Source of the DNA: an uncultured Anaerolineales bacterium
GTDB lineage: Bacteria; Chloroflexota; Anaerolineae; Anaerolineales; UBA11858
DNA length: 64,000 nucleotides
Direction: 5' to 3'
Assembly (NCBI GenBank): GCA_964406305.1
Contig: CAYORF010000003.1
Location: 1,583 to 65,582 of the forward strand
The notes beneath the pieces are model-generated. The model ran no database searches and was not told the origin of the DNA. It was given only the letters and a program-made list of their open reading frames with translations. Of the stretch, positions 43,757 to 53,700 are shown in pieces. Position numbers and translations under genes: made by a program. Within the stretch, counting starts at the first letter, position 1. Every line of letters starts with the position of its first letter.

Positions 43757-45472
43757 TTGAACAGTATGAACAAAGAAATCAGGATAACAAGAGAAATAAT
43801 CGTTTACAGCTTGATCTTTATTACAGCCTTGCTGCTGCGTCTGACTCTGTTGGGAAGGTCGCCCCTGGTAGATTCTGAAGCAGCCTGGGCATTCCAGGCT
43901 TGGCAGATCCATCTGGGAGAGCAAATATCTGTAGGTTCCCAGGTTGGATACCTGTCCTTTACTGAGATCCTGTTCTCCTTATTTGGGGGGAGTGAATTCT
44001 TGGCCCGCTTATGGCCTGCCCTGGCTGGCAGCCTGATCGTCTGGGTCCCATACCTGTTGAGAAAGAAACTAGACCAGTTTCCTGCCCTACTGCTGGCGGT
44101 TGGGTTGGCTTTTGACCCGGCCCTAGCGTCAGTATCTCGGTTAGCGGCGGGTCCGATCCCGGCTCTCGTGTTCCTATTATTATCAGCAGCAGCTTTTTAT
44201 AGAGGAAAATGGAGTTGGCTGGCTATCAGCCTCGGATTGGGACTATTATCCGGTCCTGCCTTCTGGTTGGGAATCTTGCTTTTGATCCTAACTGGAATTG
44301 TAAGCAGCTTGCTGGGTATTTTCGATTTCCGTCAATATATTCAAAACCGACTGTCATTACTTCAGGATAAAAAAGGTCTGTTGCCAGAGCTTCTGAATAA
44401 TTTCCTGGTACCGCTGCTTGTTATTATTTTTATTAGTTCATTTTTCATGAGGAATCTTCAAGGATTAAGCGCCTGGGCTGGGGCGCTACCAGAATTTATG
44501 GCTAATTTGATACAATTTGATGGTTTTCAGGCCGTGAGCCTTTTGATCAACCTGGTTGTTAGCAATCCATTCATCTTGATATTCGGTATTTTGGGATTTA
44601 TCTCATCCTGGCGAAAAGGTGATCAGCTTGGAAAAGTCACCTCGATCTGGTTTGTATTATCCCTACTGTTATTGTTAATCATTCCAGGCCGGCAAGCGGT
44701 TGACTTGATCTGGTTGGTATTTCCTCTATGGGTCGCTACTGCCAGGGAATTGTTCCGAATTTATCAATTGGCGAAAGATTTTTGGGTGGTTTATGCTGTT
44801 GCCGGGCTAGTTGGTGTTTTGATCGTTCTTAATTGGTTGACATTTACCGGCATGGTTTTCCAGGGCGGGAATTCAAAAGCTGTTTTATTGCAGTGGGGAT
44901 TGATTGCGGCCTCACTGGCTTTGGTGATCTTGTCAATGACTATCGCGGCCTCTGAATGGGGTTGGCCAGTGTCCCTGAAAGGATTAGGCCTCGGTTCGGC
45001 TATGATGCTGACGATCTACATGCTTTCTGCATTGGTCCAGGGATGTTATCTTCGTCAAGGTGATCCCCGTTCTTTGTGGTCTGATGGGTCCGGTACGGGA
45101 CAGATCAGACTTCTGCGGGAATCTATTTACGATGCCAGCATTACACAAACCGGACGCGGAGATGCCATCCAGGGAGTAGTAGTCGGTTCCTGGGATGCGC
45201 TGCGGTGGGAGCTGCGTGATCTGGATGGGATTGAGTTTCAAGACTCGTTAGACGCGGAAGGATTACCCCCGGTGATCATCACCTCAGAAATCGACTATTT
45301 CCTAGTTAACCAGGAAATGTATCGCGGTCAGGATTTTGTTCTGGAAACACGCCCGGGATGGAATGGAATCATTCCCCCTGATTGGATAAGGTGGATTGCG
45401 TTCCGATCTGGACCGGTGGAAAAAGACGATATAATCCTCTGGATTCGAAACGATATATTTTCAGGCTATTAG
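43757..45472 (+). CDS. Polytopic membrane protein (571 aa) with a soluble C-terminal domain; possible GT-C-related companion of the YYY proteins
   Basis: About 12 hydrophobic segments. The N-terminal LLLRLTLLGRSPLVDSEAAWAFQAW resembles the first TM and loop of PMT/ArnT-like proteins. The last 130 aa or so are soluble. Confidence 0.5.
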   Translation: MNSMNKEIRITREIIVYSLIFITALLLRLTLLGRSPLVDSEAAWAFQAWQIHLGEQISVGSQVGYLSFTEILFSLFGGSEFLARLWPALAGSLIVWVPYLLRKKLDQFPALLLAVGLAFDPALASVSRLAAGPIPALVFLLLSAAAFYRGKWSWLAISLGLGLLSGPAFWLGILLLILTGIVSSLLGIFDFRQYIQNRLSLLQDKKGLLPELLNNFLVPLLVIIFISSFFMRNLQGLSAWAGALPEFMANLIQFDGFQAVSLLINLVVSNPFILIFGILGFISSWRKGDQLGKVTSIWFVLSLLLLLIIPGRQAVDLIWLVFPLWVATARELFRIYQLAKDFWVVYAVAGLVGVLIVLNWLTFTGMVFQGGNSKAVLLQWGLIAASLALVILSMTIAASEWGWPVSLKGLGLGSAMMLTIYMLSALVQGCYLRQGDPRSLWSDGSGTGQIRLLRESIYDASITQTGRGDAIQGVVVGSWDALRWELRDLDGIEFQDSLDAEGLPPVIITSEIDYFLVNQEMYRGQDFVLETRPGWNGIIPPDWIRWIAFRSGPVEKDDIILWIRNDIFSGY

Positions 45473-45522
45473 ATCTCAACCCGGAATTTTTAGTAAAGCA
45501 GATCAGCATAAATTTGAGGAAT

Positions 45523-46212
45523 ATGAAATATCCAAATATCATTGCCATCGATGGACCTGCCGCCTCAGGGAAAACCACTATTGCCAATCAACTGGCAGAA
45601 AAGTGGGGGTATTTGTTTTTTGATACTGGTGTGATGTACCGTGCTGTTACCTGGCTGGCTTTGCATAAAAATATATCTACCAAGGATGAGGACTCGGTAA
45701 CTGACCTGGCGGGCAAGATAAAAATCGATGTTGCCCCACCATCCCGGGATGATGGTAGGGAATATGACGTCATTGCTAACGGCATAGATGTCACCTGGAA
45801 GATCAGAAAGAAAAAAGTGGACTCGCGGGTATCTCGGGTGTCTGCTTACCCAGGAGTAAGAAAAGAGCTCACTAAACAACAGCGCCGCATCGGGCTGGAA
45901 GGAAAAGTGATCATGGTGGGCAGGGATATTGGTACAGTTGTCCTGCCAGAAGCCGATTTGAAGATCTACCTGGACGCATGTGTTGAAGAACGAGCCAACC
46001 GCAGGTATAAACAACGAGTGGATCGGGGGGAAGATGTCGATCTGGGCAAGGTCCTGAATAAGCTAGAAAAACGGGATAATATTGATTCTACAAGAGAAGT
46101 TGCCCCGTTACGAGCGGCCGAGGACGCTGTTTTAATTAATACAGACAACTTGAGTATTAGTGAGGTTGTTTCCAAAATCGAGAAAATTGCCCAGAATATG
46201 AAGAAGGAATAA
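45523..46212 (+). CDS. cmk: Cytidylate kinase
   Basis: MKYPNIIAIDGPAASGKTT P-loop and ...GRDIGTVV... I prefer the ATG at 45523 (GAGGA upstream). The track start at 45382 overlaps the preceding gene. Confidence 0.9.
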   Translation: MKYPNIIAIDGPAASGKTTIANQLAEKWGYLFFDTGVMYRAVTWLALHKNISTKDEDSVTDLAGKIKIDVAPPSRDDGREYDVIANGIDVTWKIRKKKVDSRVSRVSAYPGVRKELTKQQRRIGLEGKVIMVGRDIGTVVLPEADLKIYLDACVEERANRRYKQRVDRGEDVDLGKVLNKLEKRDNIDSTREVAPLRAAEDAVLINTDNLSISEVVSKIEKIAQNMKKE

Positions 46213-46213
46213 T

Positions 46214-46936
46214 ATGGAAGACCAATTCCGTGTACCGTTTCTGACAAAAATAAACCGCTATATTTTACGGGGTTTCTTCCGTACATTTTTCCACGTTTTG
46301 GGAAAAGTCGAAATCTCGGGTTTTGAAAATATCCCTAATCATAATAAATATGTTGCCATTTTCAACCATGTTTCCCTGATCGAAGTGCCGTTTATCGGCG
46401 CTTTTTGGCCAACGATTCTTGAAATCATTGGGGGAGCAGACGTTTGGTCGCGTCCCGGGGTGTCGATTGTTGTAAAAATGTGGTCAGGCGTCCAGGTGAA
46501 AAGGACACAGTTCGACAAAGATGTTTTCAAGCAGGTCAAACAAGTCTTTGAAGCGGACCGTCCCCTGATGATCTCTCCGGAAGGCACAAGATCACATACT
46601 CCTGGATTAGGACGCGGGAAACCAGGTGTCGCCTATATCATTGATCAGGCAGATGTGGAAGTTCTACCTGTGGCAGTGATCGGCAACACGATGGATTTCC
46701 TTAAAATGGGAATTAGGGGAAAAAGACCACCAATTCAGATGATCGTTGGGGAACCGTTTAAGTTGCCTCCCCTTGACGGAAAAGGAGAAGCGCGCCGGGT
46801 GATGCGCCAGAATAATACCGACATAATTATGGCCAGGCTGGCTTCCCTGCTGCCCGAAAATTATCGGGGTGTGTATGCTGAATACGAAAAAATCTTGGCC
46901 GGAGAGCAAGTGGTTTTCCCAGAACCAGAGGATTGA
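46214..46936 (+). CDS. 1-acyl-sn-glycerol-3-phosphate acyltransferase-like (LPLAT/PlsC family)
   Basis: Motif I is present as FNHVSLIE (H-x4-E instead of H-x4-D) and motif III as SPEGTRS. The start lies 1 nt after the cmk stop. Confidence 0.8.
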   Translation: MEDQFRVPFLTKINRYILRGFFRTFFHVLGKVEISGFENIPNHNKYVAIFNHVSLIEVPFIGAFWPTILEIIGGADVWSRPGVSIVVKMWSGVQVKRTQFDKDVFKQVKQVFEADRPLMISPEGTRSHTPGLGRGKPGVAYIIDQADVEVLPVAVIGNTMDFLKMGIRGKRPPIQMIVGEPFKLPPLDGKGEARRVMRQNNTDIIMARLASLLPENYRGVYAEYEKILAGEQVVFPEPED

Positions 46937-46976
46937 TTTTTACACCTTCCAGAAAACTTAGGGGGAAAATTGAAGG

Positions 46977-49900
46977 ATGAACCATGCTATAATCGAGTAT
47001 GGATTTCAACTAGCTTCGATCGATACAATCCGGGAAATAATGCCCTTCATTCTTACCCTATTTAATGCCCCTGCATATATGATCTGGCCCTCAAACAGGC
47101 TGGGTATTTTAGCATTGATAGTGATGGTGGCAGGACTAGTGTACGGAAATTGGCATTGGCGCGGCTACCAACGGGAAATGAAAGAACAGCAGTGGTTCCT
47201 GTTCGGTATATTATTGACCCTGGCTCCAATCACAGCTCTTATACTGGGAGTCCGCTTGCCGGAATGGGGGTCAATACCACTGCCAAATATGTCTCTGGAA
47301 CCAACTGGCGGCGCCATGATGATCCTGGCTGCAGTCCCAGTGCTGATTGCCGGCTGGGTCCTGGGTCCAACCAGCGCCTCGGTGGTTGGATTGATTTCTG
47401 GAATTTGCCTGGCTTATTGGGATACCCATTCGCCTTTTACAGTCATTGAGTTTACTTTTTTTGCAATGCTGGTATCTGTTGCCATCCGCCAGCGTTATCG
47501 TACCGCTATATTCAGCATCTTAAGACGGCCGTTTCTGGCCAGCTTGTTAATTGCTGTCGTTCATTCCCTCGTCAATATAACGGGAGCTTTTTTCTGGGCA
47601 TCTGGGTCTATTGTCGAAAATCTTGACTTTGCAATCTCAAATGCTCAAACAGGGGTGGTGGCCGTGGCGGCCAGTTTTGCCATAGCAGGTTTGGTCATGG
47701 AATTTGTCTTAGTGGCTTTTCCCCGTGCGGATGGGATCAAATCAAAATTAAAACCTTCTCCATCTGAAAGCAGTATAAAAATCCGCTTCCTCCAGTATGT
47801 GATCTCATTAACTCTAGTATTGGTCCTGGTCCTTTTGCTTGTTAACTGGTTTGTGGCCGGGAAATCAGCGGAGAAGATGGTCCAATCCCAACTGGAGAAT
47901 ATCGCCAGGACAACCACAAATAAGATTCCATTTTTTTTCAATACAGGACAGAGTCTGATCAGTCAGTATGCCTCGGATCTCTCCGGAGATTTTGCCGCCC
48001 CAGAGGATCTAGACGAAGTACTTCGCAAAAGCTTCCGGGCCATTCCTTTTTTCTCCCAATTTTTTATTTTTGATGTCAACACTGAATTGGTAAGTGCTTA
48101 TCCTGATCAGTCGATCGAGAACCAGACCTTCCCTCCTGAATTCCAGGTTGGACTGGGATCGGCATTGAATGGTGTGCCCGTTCAGGTTTATGTCTCACCT
48201 CCTTCTGATATCGGGAATAAAACAATAATAACCTTTATGGGGAGCATTTCTGAACCTGAGGGAGAGACCTCCGGCGTGCTGGTGGGATTGGTTGACCTGG
48301 AATCGAATCCATTCACGCAGCCCATTCTTAGTGATCTAAAAGGTATAAACGAGCTGGGTGGAGTAGGGTATTTACTGGATGAACAGGGCCGGGTATTGTA
48401 CTCGTCAGAGGAAAATCTTTTTGGGGTCTTCTTCCCGAGTTTTGATCTGCGCTATGAAGAAGTGTTTTCAAAACAGACTACTGCGAACGGCATTCGCCAA
48501 CTGGTGTATATCAGATCGGCGCTTGGGCGGCCTTGGACGGTGATGCTCACCATACCGGCAGTTAATGCCCAACAGTTGGCCCTTGATCTAGCAGCGCCTT
48601 TGTCTGGCGTTGTGCTTTTGATAGCTTTGATCACAATGGCTGTGATGTATTTTGGGTTGAGCTCAGTGGCTGGATCGCTCCATGTATTGACAGAAGAAGC
48701 TGACCGGATAACAAAAGGTGAATTGGACCATCCCTTGCGGATGACACCGCGCGTGGATGAGGTTGGACAACTGAGGCGGGCATTTGAAAAGATGCGCCGG
48801 AGTCTAAAGAACCGTATGGTTGAGCTCAATCGTTTGCTTACGGTCAGCCAGGGAGTGGCATCTTCTCTGGAGATGGGAGATGCTGTAGAAACGATTCTGT
48901 CCTCGGCTCTCGAAATTGGGGCTAGTTCAGCCCGGATCGTACTGGATGCGGATGTCCTTCCGGAAGGATTATTAGAAGGCGCTGAAATGACCAGCATCGG
49001 ACAAGGAGAAGATACCGAGGCTTTTGCATATCTCGATCCCCAGATCCTGGAATTAGCCCGGAATAGATCCCCAGTGATGTTATCCAATCCCGCCCGCATG
49101 CCGCTTTTAGACCTTGAGGACGATGATCCTGTTCCGGGAGCGATCCTGATCGTTGCCCTTCAACACGAACAGGGATATTATGGCGCCATTTGGTTGGCGT
49201 ATCTTGAGCCACACACATTTATTGACAGCGAAGTTCGCTATATCGTTACCTTGGCCGGACAGGCTGCTCTGGCAGCTACGAATGCATCTCTGTTTGGAAG
49301 AGCCGAGATTGGCAGAAAACGGATGGCTGCAATTATTGCGTCCACCCCTGACCCAATTATGGTACTTGACCATCAGGATAAACTGCTTCTGACGAACCCG
49401 GTTGCTGCTGAGCTGCTCGGGATCGAACATGATTTTGGGATAGGGGAATCCATTGAAAGGATTACGGACCAGCAGGAACTGATTGAGCTGCTGAATGGCG
49501 CTCCGGGCGGAAAATCATCCAAAGAGGTTAAACTGAAAGATGGCCGAATATTCCTGGCGACTGCCTCTCCTGTAATTGCCGGGGAATATCAATTGGGTCG
49601 AGTTTGTGTGCTGAGGGATATTTCCCAGCTGAAGGAAATGGACGAACTGAAATCCGATTTTGTTGCCACTGTCAGCCATGACCTGCGCTCCCCACTGACA
49701 TTGATGCGGGGATACGCCACAATGTTAGAAATGGTGGGTGAACTGAATGACCAGCAGCAGAACTATGTCCATAAGATTATTACCGGCGTAGAGAGCATGT
49801 CTCACCTTGTTCAAAACCTGCTTGATCTGGGAAGGATTGAGGCTGAAGTGGGATTGAAGCTTGATATGATCTCGGCTCCGGATATTGTCTCCGAGGTAGC

Positions 49901-50345
49901 GGATTCATTCAATATCAGAGCTTCCCAGAAGAAGATCAAATTACATGTTTCACCGCCTAGCCAGACCATACCATTTATTTCTGCCGATAAAGCTTTGCTC
50001 CAGCAAGCATTGAGGAACCTGGTAGATAACGCGATCAATTTCAATCAACAGGGCGGCAACGTTTGGATCCGCTATAAAATGGAAGAAGGAAAGATCATTT
50101 TCGAAGTTGAGGACAACGGGATCGGCATTTCCCCTGTGGACCAACAGCGTCTGTTTGAGAAATTCTACCGGGTCGAAAGCCGGGAAAAGGATAAACAAGG
50201 CGGAACCGGGTTAGGGTTGGCTATTGTCAAGTCCATTGCCGAGAGGCACGGGGGTGACGCCTGGATAAAAAGTGAGTTAGGAGCTGGTAGTACTTTTTCT
50301 CTGGCAATTCCAATTCGCCAACCAGATAAGACACACAAACCATAA
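46977..50345 (+). CDS. Multidomain sensor histidine kinase (polytopic N-terminus, extracytoplasmic domain, HAMP, GAF, PAS, HisKA, HATPase_c)
   Basis: H-box SDFVATVSHDLRSPLT, N-box LVDNAINF, G1 DNGIGI and G2 GGTGLGLAIVKS. No response regulator is adjacent. Confidence 0.9.
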   Translation: MNHAIIEYGFQLASIDTIREIMPFILTLFNAPAYMIWPSNRLGILALIVMVAGLVYGNWHWRGYQREMKEQQWFLFGILLTLAPITALILGVRLPEWGSIPLPNMSLEPTGGAMMILAAVPVLIAGWVLGPTSASVVGLISGICLAYWDTHSPFTVIEFTFFAMLVSVAIRQRYRTAIFSILRRPFLASLLIAVVHSLVNITGAFFWASGSIVENLDFAISNAQTGVVAVAASFAIAGLVMEFVLVAFPRADGIKSKLKPSPSESSIKIRFLQYVISLTLVLVLVLLLVNWFVAGKSAEKMVQSQLENIARTTTNKIPFFFNTGQSLISQYASDLSGDFAAPEDLDEVLRKSFRAIPFFSQFFIFDVNTELVSAYPDQSIENQTFPPEFQVGLGSALNGVPVQVYVSPPSDIGNKTIITFMGSISEPEGETSGVLVGLVDLESNPFTQPILSDLKGINELGGVGYLLDEQGRVLYSSEENLFGVFFPSFDLRYEEVFSKQTTANGIRQLVYIRSALGRPWTVMLTIPAVNAQQLALDLAAPLSGVVLLIALITMAVMYFGLSSVAGSLHVLTEEADRITKGELDHPLRMTPRVDEVGQLRRAFEKMRRSLKNRMVELNRLLTVSQGVASSLEMGDAVETILSSALEIGASSARIVLDADVLPEGLLEGAEMTSIGQGEDTEAFAYLDPQILELARNRSPVMLSNPARMPLLDLEDDDPVPGAILIVALQHEQGYYGAIWLAYLEPHTFIDSEVRYIVTLAGQAALAATNASLFGRAEIGRKRMAAIIASTPDPIMVLDHQDKLLLTNPVAAELLGIEHDFGIGESIERITDQQELIELLNGAPGGKSSKEVKLKDGRIFLATASPVIAGEYQLGRVCVLRDISQLKEMDELKSDFVATVSHDLRSPLTLMRGYATMLEMVGELNDQQQNYVHKIITGVESMSHLVQNLLDLGRIEAEVGLKLDMISAPDIVSEVADSFNIRASQKKIKLHVSPPSQTIPFISADKALLQQALRNLVDNAINFNQQGGNVWIRYKMEEGKIIFEVEDNGIGISPVDQQRLFEKFYRVESREKDKQGGTGLGLAIVKSIAERHGGDAWIKSELGAGSTFSLAIPIRQPDKTHKP

Positions 50346-50458
50346 TATTTATGGAAAGAAGCCCTGTATTGTGGTAGACTGAACCTGCAGTGATCGAATG
50401 GGGGATTTTAAAGGAGATTGGGGTAGGAGGAAAAACCCCAGAATGCAAGCAAGTCCTC

Positions 50459-50487
50459 TTGACTGAGCCCCCTTCAACCTGTATAAT
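50459..50487 (+). promoter_or_regulatory. Near-consensus sigma-70-type promoter about 300 nt upstream of rpoC
   Basis: TTGACT (50459-50464), a 17-nt spacer, then TATAAT (50482-50487). Confidence 0.6.
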
Positions 50488-50529
50488 AGCTAGTTGCATG
50501 TTAAATATCAATCCCCTCACATGATGCGA

Positions 50530-50564
50530 GCGCTAAAGAGCGTACTCTTTTGCGCTTGTTTTTG
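50530..50564 (+). terminator. Terminator/attenuator-like hairpin in the rpoC leader
   Basis: GCGC-U-AAAGAG (50530-50540), loop CGUA, then CUCUUU-U-GCGC (50545-50555), followed by UUGUUUUUG (50556-64). Confidence 0.45.
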
Positions 50565-50785
50565 TGCGTGCTGGTACTAAAACATCTGTTCTTACTGGCG
50601 GTGCCGTTTTTTGGACACAAACAGAGCTCACAATTGATTATCTTGAAGGTTTCATCTGACTGATCGCTCAGTGGAGTTATCAGCCAGGGAAAAGTGTGAT
50701 TGTTGAGTGAAACAGATAACAGATTTGGTTAGTGAGGGTTGTAGCGTTAAGCGGTTGAGAGCGTGATCATACAGGAGGTTTCCGA

Positions 50786-53700
50786 GTGAAAACTAAGGGG
50801 ATACAAAAACTTCGAATTGGAATAGCTTCACCAGAAATCATCCGCAGTTGGTCATACGGGGAAGTCCTGGAACCAGAAACCATCAACTACCGGCGTTTAC
50901 GCCCGGAAAAAGATGGTCTGTTCTGTGAAGCGATCTTTGGTCCTACCAGGGATTACCAATGTCATTGTGGAAAATACAAGAATATTCGTTATAAAGGCAT
51001 CGTTTGCGACAAATGCGGTGTTGAAGTAACCCGTTCTGCGGTACGCCGAGAGCGCATGGGGCATATCGAACTAGCAGCCCCGGTAGCGCATCTTTGGTTC
51101 TCCCGCAGGATCCCTTCAATCCTTGGGCGATTGCTTGATATGTCGCGTCGTGATTTGGATCGGGTCTTGTATTTTGCCCAGTATATTGTCACTTATGTAG
51201 ATGAAGAAGCTCGGAAACGAGCGCTGGAACAGCTTGATACCCGCTTTACCTCTGGAGAAGGAGAGGTAGGGAAAGACTTCAGCGTAGGAATTAAATCTAA
51301 GGAAATTGAACGGGAAGATCGCCTTAAAGAGCTGGAAGACCAGCAACATGATGTTGAAACCCGTTATGATGAACAAATTGCGGCTGACTTAGAACCTGTT
51401 ATTAAACAAGGCCAGCGATTGGAAAAGACACTTCAGGATAGTGTTGATGATGCTGCAAAAGATGACCTGATATTCCCTGAGACGGATGTTGTGATCGTCA
51501 AGAAGGGAAAAAAGATCAGCACCGCTCATATTGCCAATATTCAAGACGTTGTAAAACAGCGCTTGACAGATATTGAAGAAAGCCTGAAAGAAGCCAAGGA
51601 AAATGAACTGGAACACATCAAATTGGATGTGGCCAGGGTCCGAGCAGAAACCACCCAGGAGATCACTCAGCTTCGGGATAATTTGGATTTGGCGATCGAT
51701 TCCGCCCAATCTGAATATAAACGCCTGAGAGATGAACTGCTGAACATGCAACCTTTGATCTTCCTTGGCGAAGCGGAGTATCGCGAACTCAGATCACGCT
51801 GGGGTCAGGTTTTCCAGGCTGAAATGGGAGCCGAAGCATTTTACGATATCCTCAAACGCCTTGACCTGGACGCTCTTTCCAAGGAACTCTGGAACGAGAT
51901 CAAGACAACTGGAAGCAAACAGAAACGGAAAAAAGCTATCAAGCGATTGAAGGTTGTGGATGCTTTCCAGAAGACAGAAAATCAACCCGAATGGATGATC
52001 CTGACCGTACTTCCTGTGATCCCTCCTGATCTGCGCCCCATGGTGCAGCTGGATGGCGGCCGTTTTGCCACCTCGGATCTGAATGACCTTTACCGTAGAG
52101 TGATCAACCGTAATAATCGGCTGAAACGCCTTCTGGAATTAGGCGCTCCGGACGTAATCGTCCGTAATGAAAAACGCATGCTCCAGGAAGCAGTAGACTC
52201 ACTGATAGACAACTCCCAGCGAGGGAAAGCCCTTTCCCGCCGGGGACGCAGGGAATTAAAATCCCTCAGTGATATGTTGAAGGGTAAGAAGGGTCGCTTC
52301 CGCAGGAACTTGCTTGGTAAACGAGTGGATTATTCCGGTCGTTCTGTGATAGTGTCCGGTCCCAGGTTGAAGATGTCTCAGTGTGGTCTCCCGAAGAAAA
52401 TGGCTTTGGAGTTGTTCCGGCCCTTTGTGATTTCTATTCTTGAAAAACGAGGTTTTGCAACAAACGTCAAAGGCGCCAAGCGACTAATTGAACGAAATCG
52501 CCCTGAGGTATGGGAAGCATTGGAAGAGGCAGTTAAAAGCCGTCCCGTTCTTCTCAACCGTGCTCCGACTTTGCACCGCCTCGGTATTCAGGCCTTTGAG
52601 GTCCAGTTGATCGAAGGCAGCGCAATTCAGCTTCACCCTCTGGTATGCCCCGCATTCAATGCAGACTTTGACGGCGACCAGATGGCTGTCCATGTACCAC
52701 TTTCACAGAAAGCTGTGACGGAAGCCCGGGAGCTGATGCTTTCCACCAAGAACCTGCTCAAACCAGCCAATGGCGAACCGATTATCGCTCCTTCCAAAGA
52801 TATGGTTTTGGGTGTGTTCTTCCTGACTAGGGAAGATGAACGTCCATATCCTGGTGATGGCCGAATATTTTCAACCATGATCGAAGTTGAAACAGCGTAC
52901 CTCCTCGATCAGGTGAAGATTCCGACCAAGATCAAGATCCTGGCTGAAACCTGGTACGACGAAGATGGTGAACGAATGAATGCCCCGGAAGAAAGGGTTA
53001 TCGATACCACAGTTGGCCGGACTATTTTTAACTTAGCCCTCCCATATCAAGTCCAGTTCATGAACTGGCCGTTGGTTAAGGGTGATGTAAAAGACCTGAT
53101 CACTGAAATTTACGAATATTGTGATAATGAAACAACAACCTGGGCAGCTGACAGTATCAAAGACCTGGGATTTGAATTTGCAACGAAATCCGGTTACTCG
53201 ATTGCAGTGGCCGATTTGCAAATTCCACCTGAGAAAGAAGCGATTGTAGCAGATGCATTTGAAAAGGTCGGTGCAGTGGAACGCAGTTTCCGGCGCGGTT
53301 TGCTGACAGCCCAAGAACAGGATGATCGACTAATCGATATCTGGCAGAAAACCACCGCAATTGTTGGTGATGCGGTTAAAGCCAACATGAATCCCCACGG
53401 CAACATGGCTGTGATGGCCCTTTCCGGAGCGACCAAAGGTGGTTTCGGACCGGTTTCCCAGCTGGCGGGTATGCGTGGTTTGATGGCTGACCCATCCGGT
53501 CAGATCATCCCGGTTCCGATTCGTTCCAGCTTCCGTGAAGGACTGACTGCGCTGGAATATTTCATTTCCAGTCACGGTGCCCGGAAAGGTCTGGCTGATA
53601 CTGCCTTGAGAACTGCTGATGCTGGTTATTTGACCAGGCGCCTGGTGGATGTATCCCAGGATGCAATCATTAACAATGAAGACTGCGGTACCGACAATTG

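Noticed and set aside
45382-45522. Upstream extension of cmk (track start 45382) overlapping the end of the 571-aa membrane protein gene by 91 nt
   Set aside because: Cytidylate kinases start a few residues before the P-loop. The ATG at 45523 with GAGGA upstream gives the canonical MKYPNIIAIDGPAASGKTT N-terminus.
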